NCBI GenBank assembly: GCA_024639785.1
Contig: JAHEGI010000021.1
Span: 69,857 to 133,856, forward strand
Reading direction: 5' to 3'
Origin: Cryomorphaceae bacterium
Lineage (GTDB): Bacteria; Bacteroidota; Bacteroidia; Flavobacteriales; Schleiferiaceae
Length of the DNA: 64,000 nt
The position numbers were made by a program, and so were the translations under genes. Of this stretch, positions 8,795-20,300 are shown piece by piece. The notes beneath the pieces are model-generated. The model saw nothing but the letters and a program-made list of their open reading frames with translations, was not told the origin of the DNA and searched no databases. Each line of letters begins with the position of its first letter. Positions within the stretch are counted from its first letter, which is position 1.

Positions 8795-8876
8795 GGGAGT
8801 GTCGCATAGTGGCTATTGCAGCAGACTGTAAATCTGTCACCTAACGGTATCGGTGGTTCGAGTCCATCCACTCCCA
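8795..8876 (+). tRNA. tRNA-Tyr (anticodon GTA), long variable arm
   Basis: Acceptor GGGAGTG/CACTCCC, anticodon loop CTGTAAA, long variable arm, T-arm GGTGGTTCGAGTCCATC. Confidence 0.9.
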
Positions 8877-8887
8877 CAACACAAATC

Positions 8888-8960
8888 GCGGAAGTAGCTC
8901 AGTTGGTAGAGCATCAGCCTTCCAAGCTGAGGGTCGCGGGTTCGAACCCCGTCTTCCGCT
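8888..8960 (+). tRNA. tRNA-Gly (anticodon TCC)
   Basis: Acceptor GCGGAAG/CTTCCGC, anticodon loop CTTCCAA, T-arm GCGGGTTCGAACCCCGT. Confidence 0.9.
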
Positions 8961-8972
8961 CATGACACATCA

Positions 8973-9044
8973 GCCGATGTAGCTCAGGGGTAGAGCGTTT
9001 CCTTGGTAAGGAAAAGGTCAGGGGTTCAATTCCCCTCATTGGCT
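8973..9044 (+). tRNA. tRNA-Thr (anticodon GGT)
   Basis: Acceptor GCCGATG/CATTGGC with one G-U pair, anticodon loop TTGGTAA, T-arm CAGGGGTTCAATTCCCCT. Confidence 0.9.
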
Positions 9045-9092
9045 CAATCAACGACTTCTTTCTTTGGGTTCAATCACTTAATCTTAAACAAA

Positions 9093-10280
9093 ATGGCAAA
9101 GGAGAATTTCGTGCGGAACAAACCGCACTTGAATATCGGTACCATCGGTCACGTTGACCACGGTAAAACAACCTTGACGGCTGCTATCACTACGGTGTTG
9201 GCAAATGCAGGTCTTTCAGCGGCGCGCAGCTTCGATTCTATCGATGCGGCTCCTGAAGAAAAAGAGCGTGGTATCACGATCAATACAGCTCACGTTGAGT
9301 ACGAGACGGCTAACCGTCACTACGCTCACGTGGATTGCCCTGGTCACGCTGACTACGTAAAGAACATGGTAACTGGTGCTGCCCAAATGGACGGTGCTAT
9401 TTTGGTTGTGGCTTCTACGGACGGTCCTATGCCCCAAACGCGCGAGCACATTCTTTTGGCTCGTCAGGTTGGAGTACCCCGTATCGTTGTGTTCATGAAC
9501 AAAGTGGACATGGTCGATGACGAGGAGCTTCTCGAATTGGTAGAAATGGAAATCCGTGACTTGTTGTCTTTCTATAAGTATGACGGTGACAACACGCCTG
9601 TAATTCAAGGTTCTGCCCTCGGTGGTTTGAACGGCGAGCAGAAGTGGGTTGACACGATCATGGAGTTGATGAACTCTGTTGACGCGTGGATCGAAGAGCC
9701 AGAGCGCGAAATCGACAAGCCTTTCTTGATGCCTATCGAGGACGTGTTCACGATCACTGGTCGTGGTACCGTTGCTACAGGTCGTATCGAAACAGGTGTT
9801 GCCTTGACGGGTGACGGTGTAGATATCATCGGTTTTGGTGACGAGAAATTGTCTTCCACGGTAACTGGTGTTGAGATGTTCCGTAAGATCTTGGATCGCG
9901 GTGAGGCAGGAGACAACGTAGGTCTTTTGTTGCGCGGTATCGACAAGGCGGACATCCGTCGCGGTATGGTTATTTGCAAGCCAGGTTCACAGAAGCCAGC
10001 AAGCAAGTTCAAGGCTGAGGTTTACATCTTGAAGAAGGAAGAAGGTGGTCGTCACACTCCTTTCCACAACAAGTACCGCCCACAGTTCTACCTCCGTACG
10101 ACAGACGTTACGGGCGAAATCATGCTCCCAGCTGGAGTAGAGATGGTTATGCCTGGTGACAACTTGTCTATCGACGTAAACTTGATCGCTCCCGTTGCAG
10201 TTAGCAAGGGTCTCCGCTTCGCTATCCGCGAAGGTGGTCGCACCGTAGGTGCAGGTCAGGTTACCGAGATCATCGGGTAA
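9093..10280 (+). CDS. tuf: Elongation factor Tu
   Basis: [28 protein letters not shown] with DCPGH and NKVD motifs. The true ATG is at 9093; the longer track ORF from 9003 overlaps tRNA-Thr. Confidence 0.98.
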   Translation: MAKENFVRNKPHLNIGTIGHVDHGKTTLTAAITTVLANAGLSAARSFDSIDAAPEEKERGITINTAHVEYETANRHYAHVDCPGHADYVKNMVTGAAQMDGAILVVASTDGPMPQTREHILLARQVGVPRIVVFMNKVDMVDDEELLELVEMEIRDLLSFYKYDGDNTPVIQGSALGGLNGEQKWVDTIMELMNSVDAWIEEPEREIDKPFLMPIEDVFTITGRGTVATGRIETGVALTGDGVDIIGFGDEKLSSTVTGVEMFRKILDRGEAGDNVGLLLRGIDKADIRRGMVICKPGSQKPASKFKAEVYILKKEEGGRHTPFHNKYRPQFYLRTTDVTGEIMLPAGVEMVMPGDNLSIDVNLIAPVAVSKGLRFAIREGGRTVGAGQVTEIIG

Positions 10281-10302
10281 TTGTACATCAAAGAAGGAAG
10301 TA

Positions 10303-10334
10303 AGGTATCCCGGATTTTCCGGGATGCCTTTTTC
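10303..10334 (+). terminator. Hairpin plus T-run after tuf
   Basis: 11-bp stem aggtatcccgg/ccgggatgcct with one G-U pair, followed by ttttt. It lies 5 nt upstream of tRNA-Trp. Confidence 0.65.
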
Positions 10335-10339
10335 CATCT

Positions 10340-10410
10340 ACGGGTGTAGTTCAAGGGTAGAATAGTGGTCTCCAAAACCATTGATGGGAGTTCGAATCTC
10401 TCCACCCGTG
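10340..10410 (+). tRNA. tRNA-Trp (anticodon CCA)
   Basis: Acceptor ACGGGTG/CACCCGT, anticodon loop CTCCAAA, T-arm GGGAGTTCGAATCTCTC. Confidence 0.88.
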
Positions 10411-10437
10411 CAATCAACGTTTAACCAAGGGAATCCC

Positions 10438-10632
10438 ATGGAATCAATTCGTCAATATCTCAAAGACTCCTATTCTGAGTTCATGCATCGCGTGACTTGG
10501 CCTACATGGATCAGCTTGCAAAAGAGCACCCTCGTGGTGATTGCGGGTTCGTTGGTTTTTGCTTTGGCCATTTTTGCCATGGACAAAGTGATTACCCAAG
10601 TGTTTGACTTCGTATACACCCTCTTTGCCTAA
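10438..10632 (+). CDS. secE: Preprotein translocase subunit SecE
   Basis: 64 aa with a single C-terminal TM. MESIRQYLKDSYSEFMHRVTWPTW is typical, and the gene sits in its conserved position before nusG. Confidence 0.9.
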   Translation: MESIRQYLKDSYSEFMHRVTWPTWISLQKSTLVVIAGSLVFALAIFAMDKVITQVFDFVYTLFA

Positions 10633-10636
10633 GACG

Positions 10637-11191
10637 ATGAGTGTGAACGAAGGAATGAAATGGTATGTGGTTCGGGCTATTAGTGGCCAGGAGACGAAGA
10701 CCAAGCATTACATTGAAACGGAGATGACCCGTACGGGCATGTCTGACTTGTTGGGTCAAGTATTGATCCCAACAGAAAAAGTGTACCAAATCCGCAATGG
10801 AAAGAAGGTGCTTAAAGAGCGCAATTTCTTCCCAGGTTACATTATGGTGGAAGCCGTATTAACCGGTGAATTGGTCCACACCTTAAAAAATATTCCAGGT
10901 GTCATTGGTTTCCTCGGTGAAACCAAAGGCGGCGAACCCACTCCCTTGCGTCTCAGCGAAGTCAATCGCATGCTGGGTAAGGTGGACGAATTGGCAGAAT
11001 CTGCAGAGCAGGTGACGATTCCTTTCGTCTTGGGCGAGTCAGTTAAAGTGATCGACGGACCTTTCCGCGATTTCGTTGGCTCCATTGAAAAGATTCACGA
11101 AGACAAGCGAAAGCTGGAGGTGATGGTCAAGATTTTTGGTCGCCGCACTCCGCTGGAGTTAAGCTTCATGCAAGTTGAAAAAGAAAGTTAA
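10637..11191 (+). CDS. nusG: Transcription termination/antitermination factor NusG
   Basis: KWYVVRAISGQE NGN domain and a KOW motif (GESVKVIDGPFRDFVGSIEKI). Start taken at the ATG at 10637. Confidence 0.95.
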   Translation: MSVNEGMKWYVVRAISGQETKTKHYIETEMTRTGMSDLLGQVLIPTEKVYQIRNGKKVLKERNFFPGYIMVEAVLTGELVHTLKNIPGVIGFLGETKGGEPTPLRLSEVNRMLGKVDELAESAEQVTIPFVLGESVKVIDGPFRDFVGSIEKIHEDKRKLEVMVKIFGRRTPLELSFMQVEKES

Positions 11192-11284
11192 AACGGTGTG
11201 AGCTCCCGTCCGTTCCGAAGCAGAGCTTCCAACTGCGAACGAACACAACAAGCTGTCAAATAAAGCAAATACGAACAACAGAAT

Positions 11285-11728
11285 ATGGCGAAAGAAATCA
11301 GTGCGATGATCAAGCTGCAAGTTCGTGGTGGTGCCGCAAACCCATCTCCTCCCGTAGGTCCTGCCTTGGGTGCGAAGGGTGTCAACATCATGGAATTCTG
11401 CAAGCAGTTCAATGCACGTACGCAGGAAAAGCAAGGCAAGCTGTTGCCCGTAGTTATTACGGTGTATACAGACAAGTCTTTCGATTTCATCGTAAAGCAA
11501 CCCCCAGTAGCTGTTCAATTATTGGAAGCGGCGAAGCTGAAAAGTGGATCTGGTGTGCCTAACCGCGAGAAAGTGGGCAAGGTAACCTGGGCTCAAGTTC
11601 AAGCCATCGCTGAAGATAAAATGGTAGACCTGAATTGCTTCACAATGGACTCAGCGATGTCAATGGTCGCGGGAACGGCTCGAAGCATGGGCCTCACCGT
11701 AACCGGAGCAAAACCGAGCAACAATTAA
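11285..11728 (+). CDS. rplK: 50S ribosomal protein uL11
   Basis: 147 aa; [43 protein letters not shown]. Confidence 0.97.
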   Translation: MAKEISAMIKLQVRGGAANPSPPVGPALGAKGVNIMEFCKQFNARTQEKQGKLLPVVITVYTDKSFDFIVKQPPVAVQLLEAAKLKSGSGVPNREKVGKVTWAQVQAIAEDKMVDLNCFTMDSAMSMVAGTARSMGLTVTGAKPSNN

Positions 11729-11739
11729 TTCTCTGAATC

Positions 11740-12429
11740 ATGGCAAAATTGACAAAAAAGCAAAAAGCCGCTGAGGAGAAACTTGTTCCCGGCAAATTGT
11801 ACTCTTTAGACGAGGCATCTGCCTTGGTTAAAGAAGTAAGCACCACCAAATTCGATGGTTCAGTAGACCTCGCAGTACGTTTAGGAGTGGATCCCCGTAA
11901 AGCCAATCAAATGGTGCGCGGTGTGGTTAGTCTCCCCAATGGTACAGGTAAGTCTATCCGTGTTCTCGCCTTGGTTACTCCTGACAAGGAGGCTGAAGCT
12001 AAAGAAGCCGGAGCTGATTTCGTCGGAATGGATGAGTACTTGGATAAGATCAAGGGCGGATGGACGGATATCGATGTGATTATCACCGTTCCCGCAGCGA
12101 TGGGCAAACTCGGTCCTTTGGGCCGTGTCCTAGGTCCACGTGGCTTGATGCCTAATCCCAAGTCAGGTACGGTCACCATGGATGTAGCCAAAGCGGTTGC
12201 AGAAGTGAAGGCTGGTAAAATTGACTTTAAGGTGGACCGTTATGGCATCGTACACGCCGGTATCGGCAAGGTGTCTTTCACGGCGGAGCAAATCAAGGAG
12301 AATGCGGACGAAGTCATTAAGACGTTGGTTCGTATGAAGCCTACCTCTGCCAAGGGTACCTATATCAAGAGCATCACATTGAGCCCTACGATGGGCCCTG
12401 GTGTTCCCGTTGAAGCGAAAAACGCCTAA
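11740..12429 (+). CDS. rplA: 50S ribosomal protein uL1
   Basis: 229 aa; the segments [11 protein letters not shown] and [16 protein letters not shown] are typical of L1. Confidence 0.97.
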   Translation: MAKLTKKQKAAEEKLVPGKLYSLDEASALVKEVSTTKFDGSVDLAVRLGVDPRKANQMVRGVVSLPNGTGKSIRVLALVTPDKEAEAKEAGADFVGMDEYLDKIKGGWTDIDVIITVPAAMGKLGPLGRVLGPRGLMPNPKSGTVTMDVAKAVAEVKAGKIDFKVDRYGIVHAGIGKVSFTAEQIKENADEVIKTLVRMKPTSAKGTYIKSITLSPTMGPGVPVEAKNA

Positions 12430-12441
12430 TGCGATAGTCCT

Positions 12442-12966
12442 ATGACCCGCGAAGAAAAGAATCAACTGATCGAAGATCTCACTGCAGCACTAGAATCTAC
12501 TGCTACAGTGTACATCACGGACATTGCCGGATTGGATGCAGAAAACACGAGCAACTTGCGTCGTGCCTGCCACAAAGCCGAAGTCAAAATGACCGTGGTC
12601 AAGAACGCCCTCTTGAAGAAGGCCATGGAGCGCTCCACCAAAGATTTTGGTGAACTCTCTGACGTCCTCAAGGGCAACTCAAGCATCATGCTTGCCGAGG
12701 CTGGAAATGCCCCTGCAAAATTGATCAAGGAATTCCGCAAGAAGAGCAAGAAGCCCATCTTGAAAGGAGCCTATGTGGAAGAAGCCATTTTCATTGGCGA
12801 CAACCAGCTTGATGCATTGACTAGTTTGAAGTCGAAGAACGAATTGATCGGGGACGTTATCCTGTTGTTGCAGAGCCCAATCAAGAACGTTGTTTCTGGC
12901 CTTCAGGCTGGCAGTGGTCAAACCGTCGCCGGTTTGATCAAGGCGCTGGAAGAGCGCAATTCCTAA
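12442..12966 (+). CDS. rplJ: 50S ribosomal protein uL10
   Basis: 174 aa, located between rplA and rplL, with L10-like sequence. Confidence 0.92.
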   Translation: MTREEKNQLIEDLTAALESTATVYITDIAGLDAENTSNLRRACHKAEVKMTVVKNALLKKAMERSTKDFGELSDVLKGNSSIMLAEAGNAPAKLIKEFRKKSKKPILKGAYVEEAIFIGDNQLDALTSLKSKNELIGDVILLLQSPIKNVVSGLQAGSGQTVAGLIKALEERNS

Positions 12967-13029
12967 CCCCGTACGCACTCACGCTTCCAAATACGTGCAT
13001 TTTAATTAGAAATCTCAAACTCAACCAAA

Positions 13030-13407
13030 ATGGCTGATATCAAATCCCTCGGAGACTCTTTGGTCAACTTGACCGTGAAAGAAGTTAATGAACTCGCAAA
13101 CTACCTTAAAGAAGAATACGGCATCGAGCCTGCAGCTGCGGCTGTAGCTGTAGCTGCTGGACCTGCTGCTGGCGGCGAAGCTGCTGCAGAAGAGAAGTCT
13201 TCTTTCGACGTAATCCTTAAGAGCGCTGGCGCTTCTAAGTTGGCCGTCGTGAAGGTCGTTAAAGAATTGACTGGACTTGGCTTGAAAGAAGCTAAGGACG
13301 CCGTTGATGCTGCACCTGCTCCTATCAAGGAAGGCGTTAGCAAAGACGAAGCAGAAGCCCTCAAGAAGCAACTTGAAGAGGCTGGTGCTGAAGTAGAGCT
13401 CAAGTAA
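13030..13407 (+). CDS. rplL: 50S ribosomal protein bL12 (L7/L12)
   Basis: 125 aa with an Ala-rich hinge and the C-terminal domain [24 protein letters not shown]. Confidence 0.97.
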   Translation: MADIKSLGDSLVNLTVKEVNELANYLKEEYGIEPAAAAVAVAAGPAAGGEAAAEEKSSFDVILKSAGASKLAVVKVVKELTGLGLKEAKDAVDAAPAPIKEGVSKDEAEALKKQLEEAGAEVELK

Positions 13408-13426
13408 GAGCCCTGTCAACCACTCA

Positions 13427-13468
13427 GGTTTAGGCCCTTGAAACGCTGTTTCAAGGCCTAAACCTTTT
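13427..13468 (+). terminator. rplL-rpoB intergenic hairpin plus T-run (attenuator-type partial terminator)
   Basis: Stem of about 17 bp, ggtttaggcccttgaaac/gtttcaaggcctaaacc, with one bulged C, followed by tttt. Confidence 0.7.
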
Positions 13469-13505
13469 CGTATTTCAAATAATATTCATCAATCTGTCGA
13501 GCTCC

Positions 13506-16500
13506 ATGGCGCACGTTCAATCGCGAATCAATTTCTCCTCAACCTTCGCACAGGCGGATTGCCCGGATTTTCTTGATATCCAAATCAAGTCGTTCCGGGA
13601 TTTTTTTCAGATCGATACCAAACCGGAAAATCGATTTAATGAAGGCTTGTTTAAAACCTTCAATGAAAACTTCCCCATTACGGATTCCCGCAACCAGTTT
13701 GTACTGGAATTCATTGACTACTTTGTCGATCCCCCCCGTTATAGCGAGATGGAATGCATCGAGCGCGGGCTTACTTACAGCGTTCCGCTCAAGGCACGCC
13801 TAAAACTCTATTGTACGGACCCGGAACACGAGGACTTTGAGACCATCGTCCAAGATGTGTACTTGGGAACTATTCCTTACATGACCCCACGCGGTACCTT
13901 CATTGTGAATGGTGCAGAACGCGTCATCGTATCCCAGCTTCACCGTTCGCCCGGTGTATTCTTTGGCCAGAGCTTCCACGCAAACGGAACGAAGTTGTAC
14001 TCTGCCCGAGTGATCCCATTTAAGGGAAGCTGGATTGAATTTGCCACGGATATCAACAACGTGATGTATGCGTACATCGATCGGAAGAAGAAGTTGCCCG
14101 TGACAACCCTTTTCCGCGCCATTGGATATGAGCGCGACAAGGATATTTTGGAAATTTTCGATCTAGCCGAAGAAATCAAGGTTTCGAAGGCAGGTCTCAA
14201 GCGCACGGTGGGTCGCAAATTGGCTGCCCGTGTCTTGAAGAGCTGGATTGAGGATTTCGTAGATGAAGATACCGGAGAGGTAGTTTCTATCGAACGTAAC
14301 GAAGTGATTTTGGACCGCGATACCATCCTCGAGAAGGAGCATGTGGACATGATCTTGGAAGCGGAAGTAGCGACTATTCTTCTTCACAAAGAAGACATCA
14401 TTGAGGGTGAATTCTCTATCATCTACAACACTTTACAGAAAGATCCTACGAACTCAGAAATTGAGGCCGTAGAGCATATTTATCGTCAATTGCGCAATGC
14501 TGAACCGCCGGATGAGGAGACCGCGCGTGGCATCATTGACAAGCTATTCTTCTCTGAGCAGCGCTATAGCTTAGGCGAAGTAGGCCGTTACCGCTTGAAC
14601 AAGAAACTCAATCTCGAAATCGAGAAGGAGAAGCAAGTATTGACCAAGCAGGACATCATCTCGATCATTAAGTATTTGATTGAATTGATCAACTCCAAGG
14701 CGGAAATCGACGACATCGATCACTTGTCTAACCGTCGTGTTCGTACGGTAGGTGAGCAGATGGCGAATCAGTTTGGTGTCGGCTTGGCTCGTATGGCTCG
14801 TACCATCCGTGAGCGTATGAACGTGCGCGACAACGAGGTATTTACGCCGATCGACTTGATCAATGCCAAGACGTTGAGCTCGGTGATCAATTCGTTCTTC
14901 GGAACGAACCAGCTGAGCCAATTTATGGATCAGACGAACCCTCTGTCAGAAATCACGCACAAGCGCCGTCTGTCCGCCCTCGGACCCGGTGGTTTGAGCC
15001 GTGAACGCGCAGGATTTGAGGTTCGTGACGTACACTATACCCACTATGGTCGCCTTTGCCCGATCGAAACGCCTGAAGGACCAAACATTGGTTTGATTTC
15101 TTCCCTGTGTGTTTATGCAAAGGTGAATAGCATGGGATTCATTGAGACTCCTTACCGCGAGGTGGAGGATGGTCAAGTGAAATTGGGCACCACCCCGCTT
15201 TATCTGTCCGCTGAGGAGGAAGAAGCCAAGGTGATTGCGCAAGCAAACGCACCGTTAAACCAAAATGGAACGTTTGTCAACGACCGTATTAAAGCACGTG
15301 ACGAAGGTGATTTCCCGGTAGTGGAGCCTTCGAAGGTGGATTTGATGGACGTTGCGCCAAACCAAATTGCTTCGATTTCCGCGTCGTTGATTCCTTTCTT
15401 GGAGCACGATGACGCGAACCGTGCTTTGATGGGATCAAACATGATGCGCCAGGCGGTGCCTTTGCTCCGCCCAGAGTCTCCCATTGTGGGAACAGGATTG
15501 GAGCGTCAGGTGGCCCACGATTCACGGGTATTGGTCAACGCGGAAGGACCTGGAACGGTTCGTTACGTAGATGCCAACGAAATTGTAATCGAGTACGACC
15601 GCACCGAAGATGAGGAACTCGTGAGCTTCGAGCCTGCGACCAAGTCCTATCCTTTGACGAAGTTCTTGAAGACCAACCAAAGCACGACCATCAACTTGAA
15701 ACCCATCGTCTCCGCTGGAGAGCGTGTGGATTTAGGTCAGGTGTTGTGTGAGGGTTATGCAACGCAAGGCGGGGAATTGGCTTTGGGCCGTAACCTGCTG
15801 GTTGCCTTCATGCCTTGGAAAGGATACAACTTTGAGGATGCCATCGTAATCAATGAGCGTGTGGTTCGTGAGGATATTTTCACCTCCATCCACATTGATG
15901 AGTATACCTTGGACGTGCGCGACACTAAGTTGGGCATGGAAGAATTGACTGCGGACATTCCGAACGTGAGCGAGGAAGCCACGAAAGATTTGGACGAAAA
16001 CGGAATTATCCGCGTGGGTGCAGAAGTCAATCCAGGAGATATCCTGATTGGTAAGATCACACCGAAAGGCGAGAGCGATCCTTCTCCTGAAGAGAAGTTG
16101 TTGCGCGCCATCTTTGGTGACAAAGCCGGTGACGTGAAGGATGCCTCTTTGAAAGCATCTCCCTCACTCAGCGGGGTCGTGATTGACAAGAAACTCTTCA
16201 GCCGTAGCATGAAGGACAAGCGCCAGCGCGTTCGCGACAAGGAAGAGTTGGAGGTTTTGGAGTTGGAATTCACCACACAGTTGGAGGAAATTCGCAGCAC
16301 CTTCATCGAGAAGTTGGCCAAACTTGTAAGCGGCAAGACCGCCCAAGGGGTGACAAACGACTTGAATGAAGAAGTCATTCCAAAAGGCACCAAGTTCACG
16401 TTGAAAGTGTTGAATGCCGTTGAGGACTACACGCACTTAACCGGTGGTACTTGGACGACCGACGATGAGAAGAATAAGCTCATCGACAATTTGTTGCACA

Positions 16501-17312
16501 ACTATAAGATCAAGGTAAGTGATGTGGCTGGTGTGAACCGCCGCCGCAAGTTTACGATCAGCGTAGGGGACGAATTACCTGCTGGAATCGTGAAGATGGC
16601 CAAAGTCATTATCGCCAAGAAGCGAAAGTTGAAGGTGGGTGATAAGATGGCTGGACGTCACGGTAACAAGGGTATTGTCGCCAAAATCGTTCGTCAAGAA
16701 GACATGCCGTTCTTGGAGGATGGAACGCCTGTGGATATCGTTTTGAATCCGCTCGGTGTACCTTCTCGTATGAATATCGGTCAGATTTATGAGACCGTAT
16801 TAGGATGGGCAGGCTTGAAGACGGGTCAGAAGTTTTCTACCCCAATTTTTGACGGTGCTACCTTGGATGAAATCACTCAACACACTGAATCTGCTGGTAT
16901 TCCGATGTTCGGACACACCCAGTTGTTTGATGGTGGATCTGGTGAGGCTTTTGATCAAAAAGCCACGGTTGGTGTGATCTACATGTTGAAACTCGGCCAC
17001 ATGGTGGACGACAAGATGCACGCTCGTTCGATCGGACCATACTCGCTTATTACCCAGCAGCCGTTGGGTGGTAAGGCGCAGTTCGGTGGACAGCGTTTTG
17101 GTGAGATGGAAGTTTGGGCATTGGAGGCCTTTGGGGCATCCAACATCCTACGTGAAATCTTGACGGTGAAGTCGGATGACGTCGTTGGACGTGCGAAGAC
17201 GTATGAGTCCATTGTGAAGGGAGACCGAATGCCAGAACCTGGTATTCCTGAATCCTTCAATGTCTTGCTCCATGAGTTGCAAGGCCTTGGCTTGAAAGTA
17301 TCCTTAGACTAA
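13506..17312 (+). CDS. rpoB: DNA-directed RNA polymerase subunit beta
   Basis: 1268 aa with unmistakable beta-subunit blocks ([39 protein letters not shown]). Confidence 0.99.
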   Translation: MAHVQSRINFSSTFAQADCPDFLDIQIKSFRDFFQIDTKPENRFNEGLFKTFNENFPITDSRNQFVLEFIDYFVDPPRYSEMECIERGLTYSVPLKARLKLYCTDPEHEDFETIVQDVYLGTIPYMTPRGTFIVNGAERVIVSQLHRSPGVFFGQSFHANGTKLYSARVIPFKGSWIEFATDINNVMYAYIDRKKKLPVTTLFRAIGYERDKDILEIFDLAEEIKVSKAGLKRTVGRKLAARVLKSWIEDFVDEDTGEVVSIERNEVILDRDTILEKEHVDMILEAEVATILLHKEDIIEGEFSIIYNTLQKDPTNSEIEAVEHIYRQLRNAEPPDEETARGIIDKLFFSEQRYSLGEVGRYRLNKKLNLEIEKEKQVLTKQDIISIIKYLIELINSKAEIDDIDHLSNRRVRTVGEQMANQFGVGLARMARTIRERMNVRDNEVFTPIDLINAKTLSSVINSFFGTNQLSQFMDQTNPLSEITHKRRLSALGPGGLSRERAGFEVRDVHYTHYGRLCPIETPEGPNIGLISSLCVYAKVNSMGFIETPYREVEDGQVKLGTTPLYLSAEEEEAKVIAQANAPLNQNGTFVNDRIKARDEGDFPVVEPSKVDLMDVAPNQIASISASLIPFLEHDDANRALMGSNMMRQAVPLLRPESPIVGTGLERQVAHDSRVLVNAEGPGTVRYVDANEIVIEYDRTEDEELVSFEPATKSYPLTKFLKTNQSTTINLKPIVSAGERVDLGQVLCEGYATQGGELALGRNLLVAFMPWKGYNFEDAIVINERVVREDIFTSIHIDEYTLDVRDTKLGMEELTADIPNVSEEATKDLDENGIIRVGAEVNPGDILIGKITPKGESDPSPEEKLLRAIFGDKAGDVKDASLKASPSLSGVVIDKKLFSRSMKDKRQRVRDKEELEVLELEFTTQLEEIRSTFIEKLAKLVSGKTAQGVTNDLNEEVIPKGTKFTLKVLNAVEDYTHLTGGTWTTDDEKNKLIDNLLHNYKIKVSDVAGVNRRRKFTISVGDELPAGIVKMAKVIIAKKRKLKVGDKMAGRHGNKGIVAKIVRQEDMPFLEDGTPVDIVLNPLGVPSRMNIGQIYETVLGWAGLKTGQKFSTPIFDGATLDEITQHTESAGIPMFGHTQLFDGGSGEAFDQKATVGVIYMLKLGHMVDDKMHARSIGPYSLITQQPLGGKAQFGGQRFGEMEVWALEAFGASNILREILTVKSDDVVGRAKTYESIVKGDRMPEPGIPESFNVLLHELQGLGLKVSLD

Positions 17313-17344
17313 TCCGACCCTTCGGGAACCTCATTTAGAATACC

Positions 17345-20300
17345 ATGCGAAAAATCGAACAGCAAACCTCCGGCAGCTTCAATTCCATTACGATTGGATT
17401 AGCGTCTCCAGAATTCCTTTTGGAGCGTTCCAGCGGGGAAGTATTGAAGCCCGAAACGATCAACTATCGCACCCACAAACCCGAGCGCGACGGCCTTTTC
17501 TGTGAGCGCATCTTCGGTCCTGTAAAGGATTTCGAATGTGCCTGTGGAAAGTACAAGCGCATCCGATACAAAGGGATTGTATGTGATCGTTGTGGAGTAG
17601 AAGTCACAGAGAAGAAAGTGCGTCGTGAGCGCATTGGCCACATCAATTTGGTGGTGCCTGTTGCACACATTTGGTACTTCCGCTCATTGCCCAACAAATT
17701 GGGTTACCTCCTCGGTATCCCAACGAAGAAGTTGGACATGATCATTTATTATGAGCGCTACATTGTTATTCAGACGGGTGAAGCCGTGGATAATGAGGGC
17801 AATCCATTTGAGCACATGCAGTTCTTGACGGAAGAGGAATACCTCGACGCCCAGGACCGTTTGCCTATGGAAAACCAGTACATGGATGACAACGATCCCA
17901 ACAAATTCATCGCCAAAATGGGCGCTGAAGCCTTGTTGATGTTGCTCCAGCGTCTGGATTTGGATGCGATGTCCTATGATTTGCGCGACCGCGCGAACCG
18001 TGAGACTTCACAGCAGCGTAAGCAAGAAGCGTTGAAGCGTCTACAAGTGGTGGAAGCCATGCGTGATGCCAACGCGCGTTTGGAGAATAAGCCTGAGTGG
18101 ATGATCATCAAGGTTGTTCCGGTCATTCCACCCGAATTGCGCCCCTTGGTGCCCTTGGACGGTGGTCGATTTGCCACGTCTGACTTGAATGATTTGTACC
18201 GTCGTGTTATCATCCGCAATAATCGTTTGAAGCGATTGTTAGAGATCAAGGCCCCTGAAGTGATTTTGCGCAACGAAAAGCGCATGTTGCAGGAGTCTGT
18301 AGACAGTTTGTTTGACAATACCCGCAAGGCCAGTGCGGTCAAGACGGAGAGCAACCGTCCTTTGAAGTCTTTGAGCGATAGCTTGAAAGGCAAGCAAGGT
18401 CGTTTCCGTCAAAACCTATTGGGTAAGCGTGTGGATTACTCTGCACGTTCGGTCATTGTCATCGGTCCTGATTTGAAGCTCCACGAGTGTGGTCTTCCGA
18501 AAGACATGGCGGCTGAATTGTACAAGCCATTTATCGTTCGCAAGTTGATTGAGCGTGGAATCGTGAAAACGGTAAAATCCGCGAAGAAAATCATCGACAA
18601 GCGCGAAGCGGTTGTTTGGGATATCCTTGAAAACGTGATGAAAGGCCATCCGGTTCTTCTGAACCGAGCTCCGACGCTCCACCGTTTGGGTATCCAATCC
18701 TTCCAGCCTAAAATGATTGAGGGCAAGGCGATCCAATTGCACCCGTTGACCTGTACCGCTTTCAACGCGGATTTTGACGGTGACCAGATGGCTGTTCACT
18801 TGCCTTTGGGACCTGCTGCCATCTTGGAAGCGCAAATCTTGATGTTGGCCTCGCACAACATTTTGAATCCTGCCAATGGTTCACCAATCACCGTTCCTTC
18901 TCAGGACATGGTCTTGGGTCTATACTACATGACCAAAGCTAAGCGCAACCTCCCTGGAGATGCGGTGAAGGGGGAGGGAATGACCTTCTACTCTGCGGAG
19001 GAAGTGAATATTGCCTACAACGAGAAGCGCGTAGACTTGAATGCAATTGTCAAGGTGCGTACTCTCGTAGACGGGGATCAAGGCGACTTGATTTACAAAG
19101 TAATCGAGACTTCGGTGGGACGTGTATTGTTCAACCAAGTGGTGCCTAAGGAAGTCGGCTTCATCAACGAATTGTTGACGAAGAAAGCGTTGCGTGAAAT
19201 CATTGCACGCATCTTGACGCGCACTGATGTGCCTCGCACGGCGAAGTTTTTGGATGACATGAAAGATCTTGGATACTCCAACGCATTCCGCGGTGGTTTG
19301 TCCTTCTCTTTGGGTGACATCCAGGTTCCTGAGATCAAGACCAGTTTGATTGATGATGCCAATACGGAAGTAGAAGGCATTCTCATGAACTACAACATGG
19401 GTCTGATCACAAACAATGAGCGTTACAACCAAGTCATTGACGTTTGGACGAATGCCAACGCGCGTTTGACTCAAGCGGCGATGAACCAATTGATTAATGA
19501 CCGCCAAGGATTTAACCCCATCTACATGATGTTGGATTCTGGTGCACGTGGATCGAAAGAGCAGATTCGTCAGCTCTCTGGCATGCGTGGTCTGATGGCT
19601 AAGCCACAAAAATCAGGCTCTGCAGGTGGTGAGATTATCGAAAACCCGATTATCTCCAACTTTAAGGAGGGTCTTTCCATCTTGGAGTACTTCATTTCTA
19701 CGCACGGTGCCCGTAAGGGTCTGGCGGATACGGCCTTGAAGACGGCAGATGCGGGTTACTTGACCCGTCGTTTGCACGATGTTGCTCAGGACGTGATTGT
19801 AAATGAAGACGATTGCGGAACGCTACGCGGCTTGGAGATCCAAGCACTTCGCAAGAATGAAGAAGTCGTTGAAACCTTGAAAGAGCGAATCGCCGGACGT
19901 GTTTCTTTGGCCAATGTCATTGATCCATTGACGGGTGAAGTGTACATTCAAGCGGGCGAAATGATTTCTGACCTCATTGCAGAGAAAATTGATGCTAGCC
20001 CAATTGAAACCGTTGAGGTGCGTTCACCTTTGACTTGTGAGAGCAAGCGCGGAATCTGTGCTAAGTGTTACGGACGCAATTTGGCAACTGCCAAAGGGGT
20101 TCAAACGGGTGAAGCGGTTGGCGTAATTGCCGCCCAGTCCATCGGTGAGCCTGGAACGCAGTTGACCTTACGTACCTTCCACGTGGGTGGTACAGCGGGT
20201 AACGTATCCGAGATCAGCAGTTTGACGGCCAAATTTGACGGCATCCTTGAATTTGAGGAAGTTCGCACGGTTACGAGCGAAGTCAGCGGCAGTGAAAAGT

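Noticed and set aside
7313-9044. A tyrosine recombinase next to a tRNA cluster, as a possible integrative element or genomic island boundary
   Set aside because: I could find no direct repeat of a tRNA 3' end nearby, and the flanking genes are all core (rpsU, hpf, tuf). The order rpsU-xerC-hpf-tRNA-tuf is, from memory, conserved in Bacteroidota. It is best read as the housekeeping Xer recombinase.
9003-9092. An N-terminal 30-aa extension of EF-Tu in the ORF track
   Set aside because: The extension overlaps tRNA-Thr(GGT), and the canonical MAKENF start is at 9093.
13130-13200. GCT/GCA-rich short tandem pattern that looks like a repeat array
   Set aside because: It encodes the Ala-rich flexible hinge of ribosomal protein L7/L12, which is a normal feature.
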